From contig JBHGNT010000007.1 of the NCBI GenBank assembly GCA_043228905.1, positions 5,952,001-6,016,000 of the forward strand: a DNA stretch of 64,000 nucleotides, given 5' to 3'. This document shows positions 63,089 to 64,000 of the stretch, piece by piece. Made by a program: the position numbers and the translations under genes. The stretch's first letter is position 1, and each line of letters starts with the position of its first letter. The DNA is from Azolla caroliniana (taxonomy: Eukaryota; Plantae; Polypodiophyta). The notes below the pieces were generated by a model. The model did no database searches. It was not told the origin of the DNA and was given only the letters and a program-made list of their open reading frames with translations.

Positions 63089-64000
63089 GCTGTAGCCTTT
63101 CTACAGAAGCATCCATAATTTGTGAGCAACTAACATTATAAAATGCTCAAATAATGAAGAAGAAAACCCCCAAACAAGCTGTTTTTTGAATCCAGTCCAC
63201 AATATATACATTGAAATATAATAACTTCACTATAGATGGCAATGAATATTGAAAACTTTCATGCTTTAAACTCCGATCCATGGAGCCAACAGCCATCTTA
63301 AAGCATGGAAGAAAAGACAGTTCAGAGATAAATACAAGCAAGAAAAAACAGGGAAAATGCTTAAAGTTGCAAGACAAGGGAGACAAGTATGGAGGAGAGG
63401 GACAGTGAACTATGCATTATGGAGGGGAGTGACCACTGTAAAAATTCACGAAGAACAATTATGAAAGAATGGAGAACTTGGAGAATAATGCCTCACACTA
63501 TACAATGTCCCGAACCTCATTCCCACACCCCATACAATGTGAATATATTGTAATTTTTCCTATATTGAGTATTAACACAGCTGCAGTGGCACTCAAACTT
63601 AGACCTATGTTGGGTGAACATCTAGATATTCTTGAACATGCCATCTTGCAAACCATTTTCAGATATCTTGGACCCAGTTGGATGAGAGAAATTGTTTTTG
63701 TGGTAAGAATCCAAATTCTAATTTAGCCTTGGTGAGCTCATTTTGGGGCATATTCTCTACTATTCATACATATAAACTCTTGGAAGAGCATAAAATTAAC
63801 TCTCTCGTCTTTCCTTCAGTTTCTAGAAGCCATATGGGGTTGCTCTCTTAACCCCTAAATGATGGCATAGAAATATTTTTTGTGCTTTCTCTGTTTTGTT
63901 CCATGAGCTTTCTGAAATACTGCCTCCCCAAACCTCAGTTTCATAAATCACCAATCCATCCATGCATGTAATACTCTTGCTTTAATCTCCCATCATTGGT

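Noticed and set aside
63469-63726. Upstream RecQ exon (LSATAA resembles motif III)
   Set aside because: Lacks the expected DEAHC/WGHDFR context and splice sites; the true motif III exon is at ~63088.

Overview
Eukaryotic, intron-rich land-plant nuclear DNA; the PLS-PPR style, Tcn1-like chromovirus and intron-rich ISA2 suggest a non-seed vascular plant such as a fern (inference). There are four host genes, all on the minus strand: a 13-exon class-B auxin response factor (6616-11193), an intron-rich ISA2-type pseudo-isoamylase (37172-~47113), a PLS-E PPR gene (49754-52309) and the 3' part of a RECQ2-like helicase (54943->63088). Intergenic DNA is transposon-rich. A chromodomain Gypsy element (17997-30541) holds a complete Copia element (18724-24498) and a TG..CA solo-LTR-like insert (28490-29590). 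LINE fragments, a Copia-like solo LTR, a hAT MITE and local duplications also occur. Most notable: antisense tRNA-like (Pol III A/B-box) modules near the 5' end of two unrelated LTR-type elements; a Tf1-like self-priming PBS and a G_UUA_AAC -1 frameshift signal in the chromovirus; a hidden in-frame C-terminal extension of Copia Pol between two PPTs; and ~1.5-kb diverged inverted repeats bracketing the ARF gene. All alignments and exon boundaries were read by eye.
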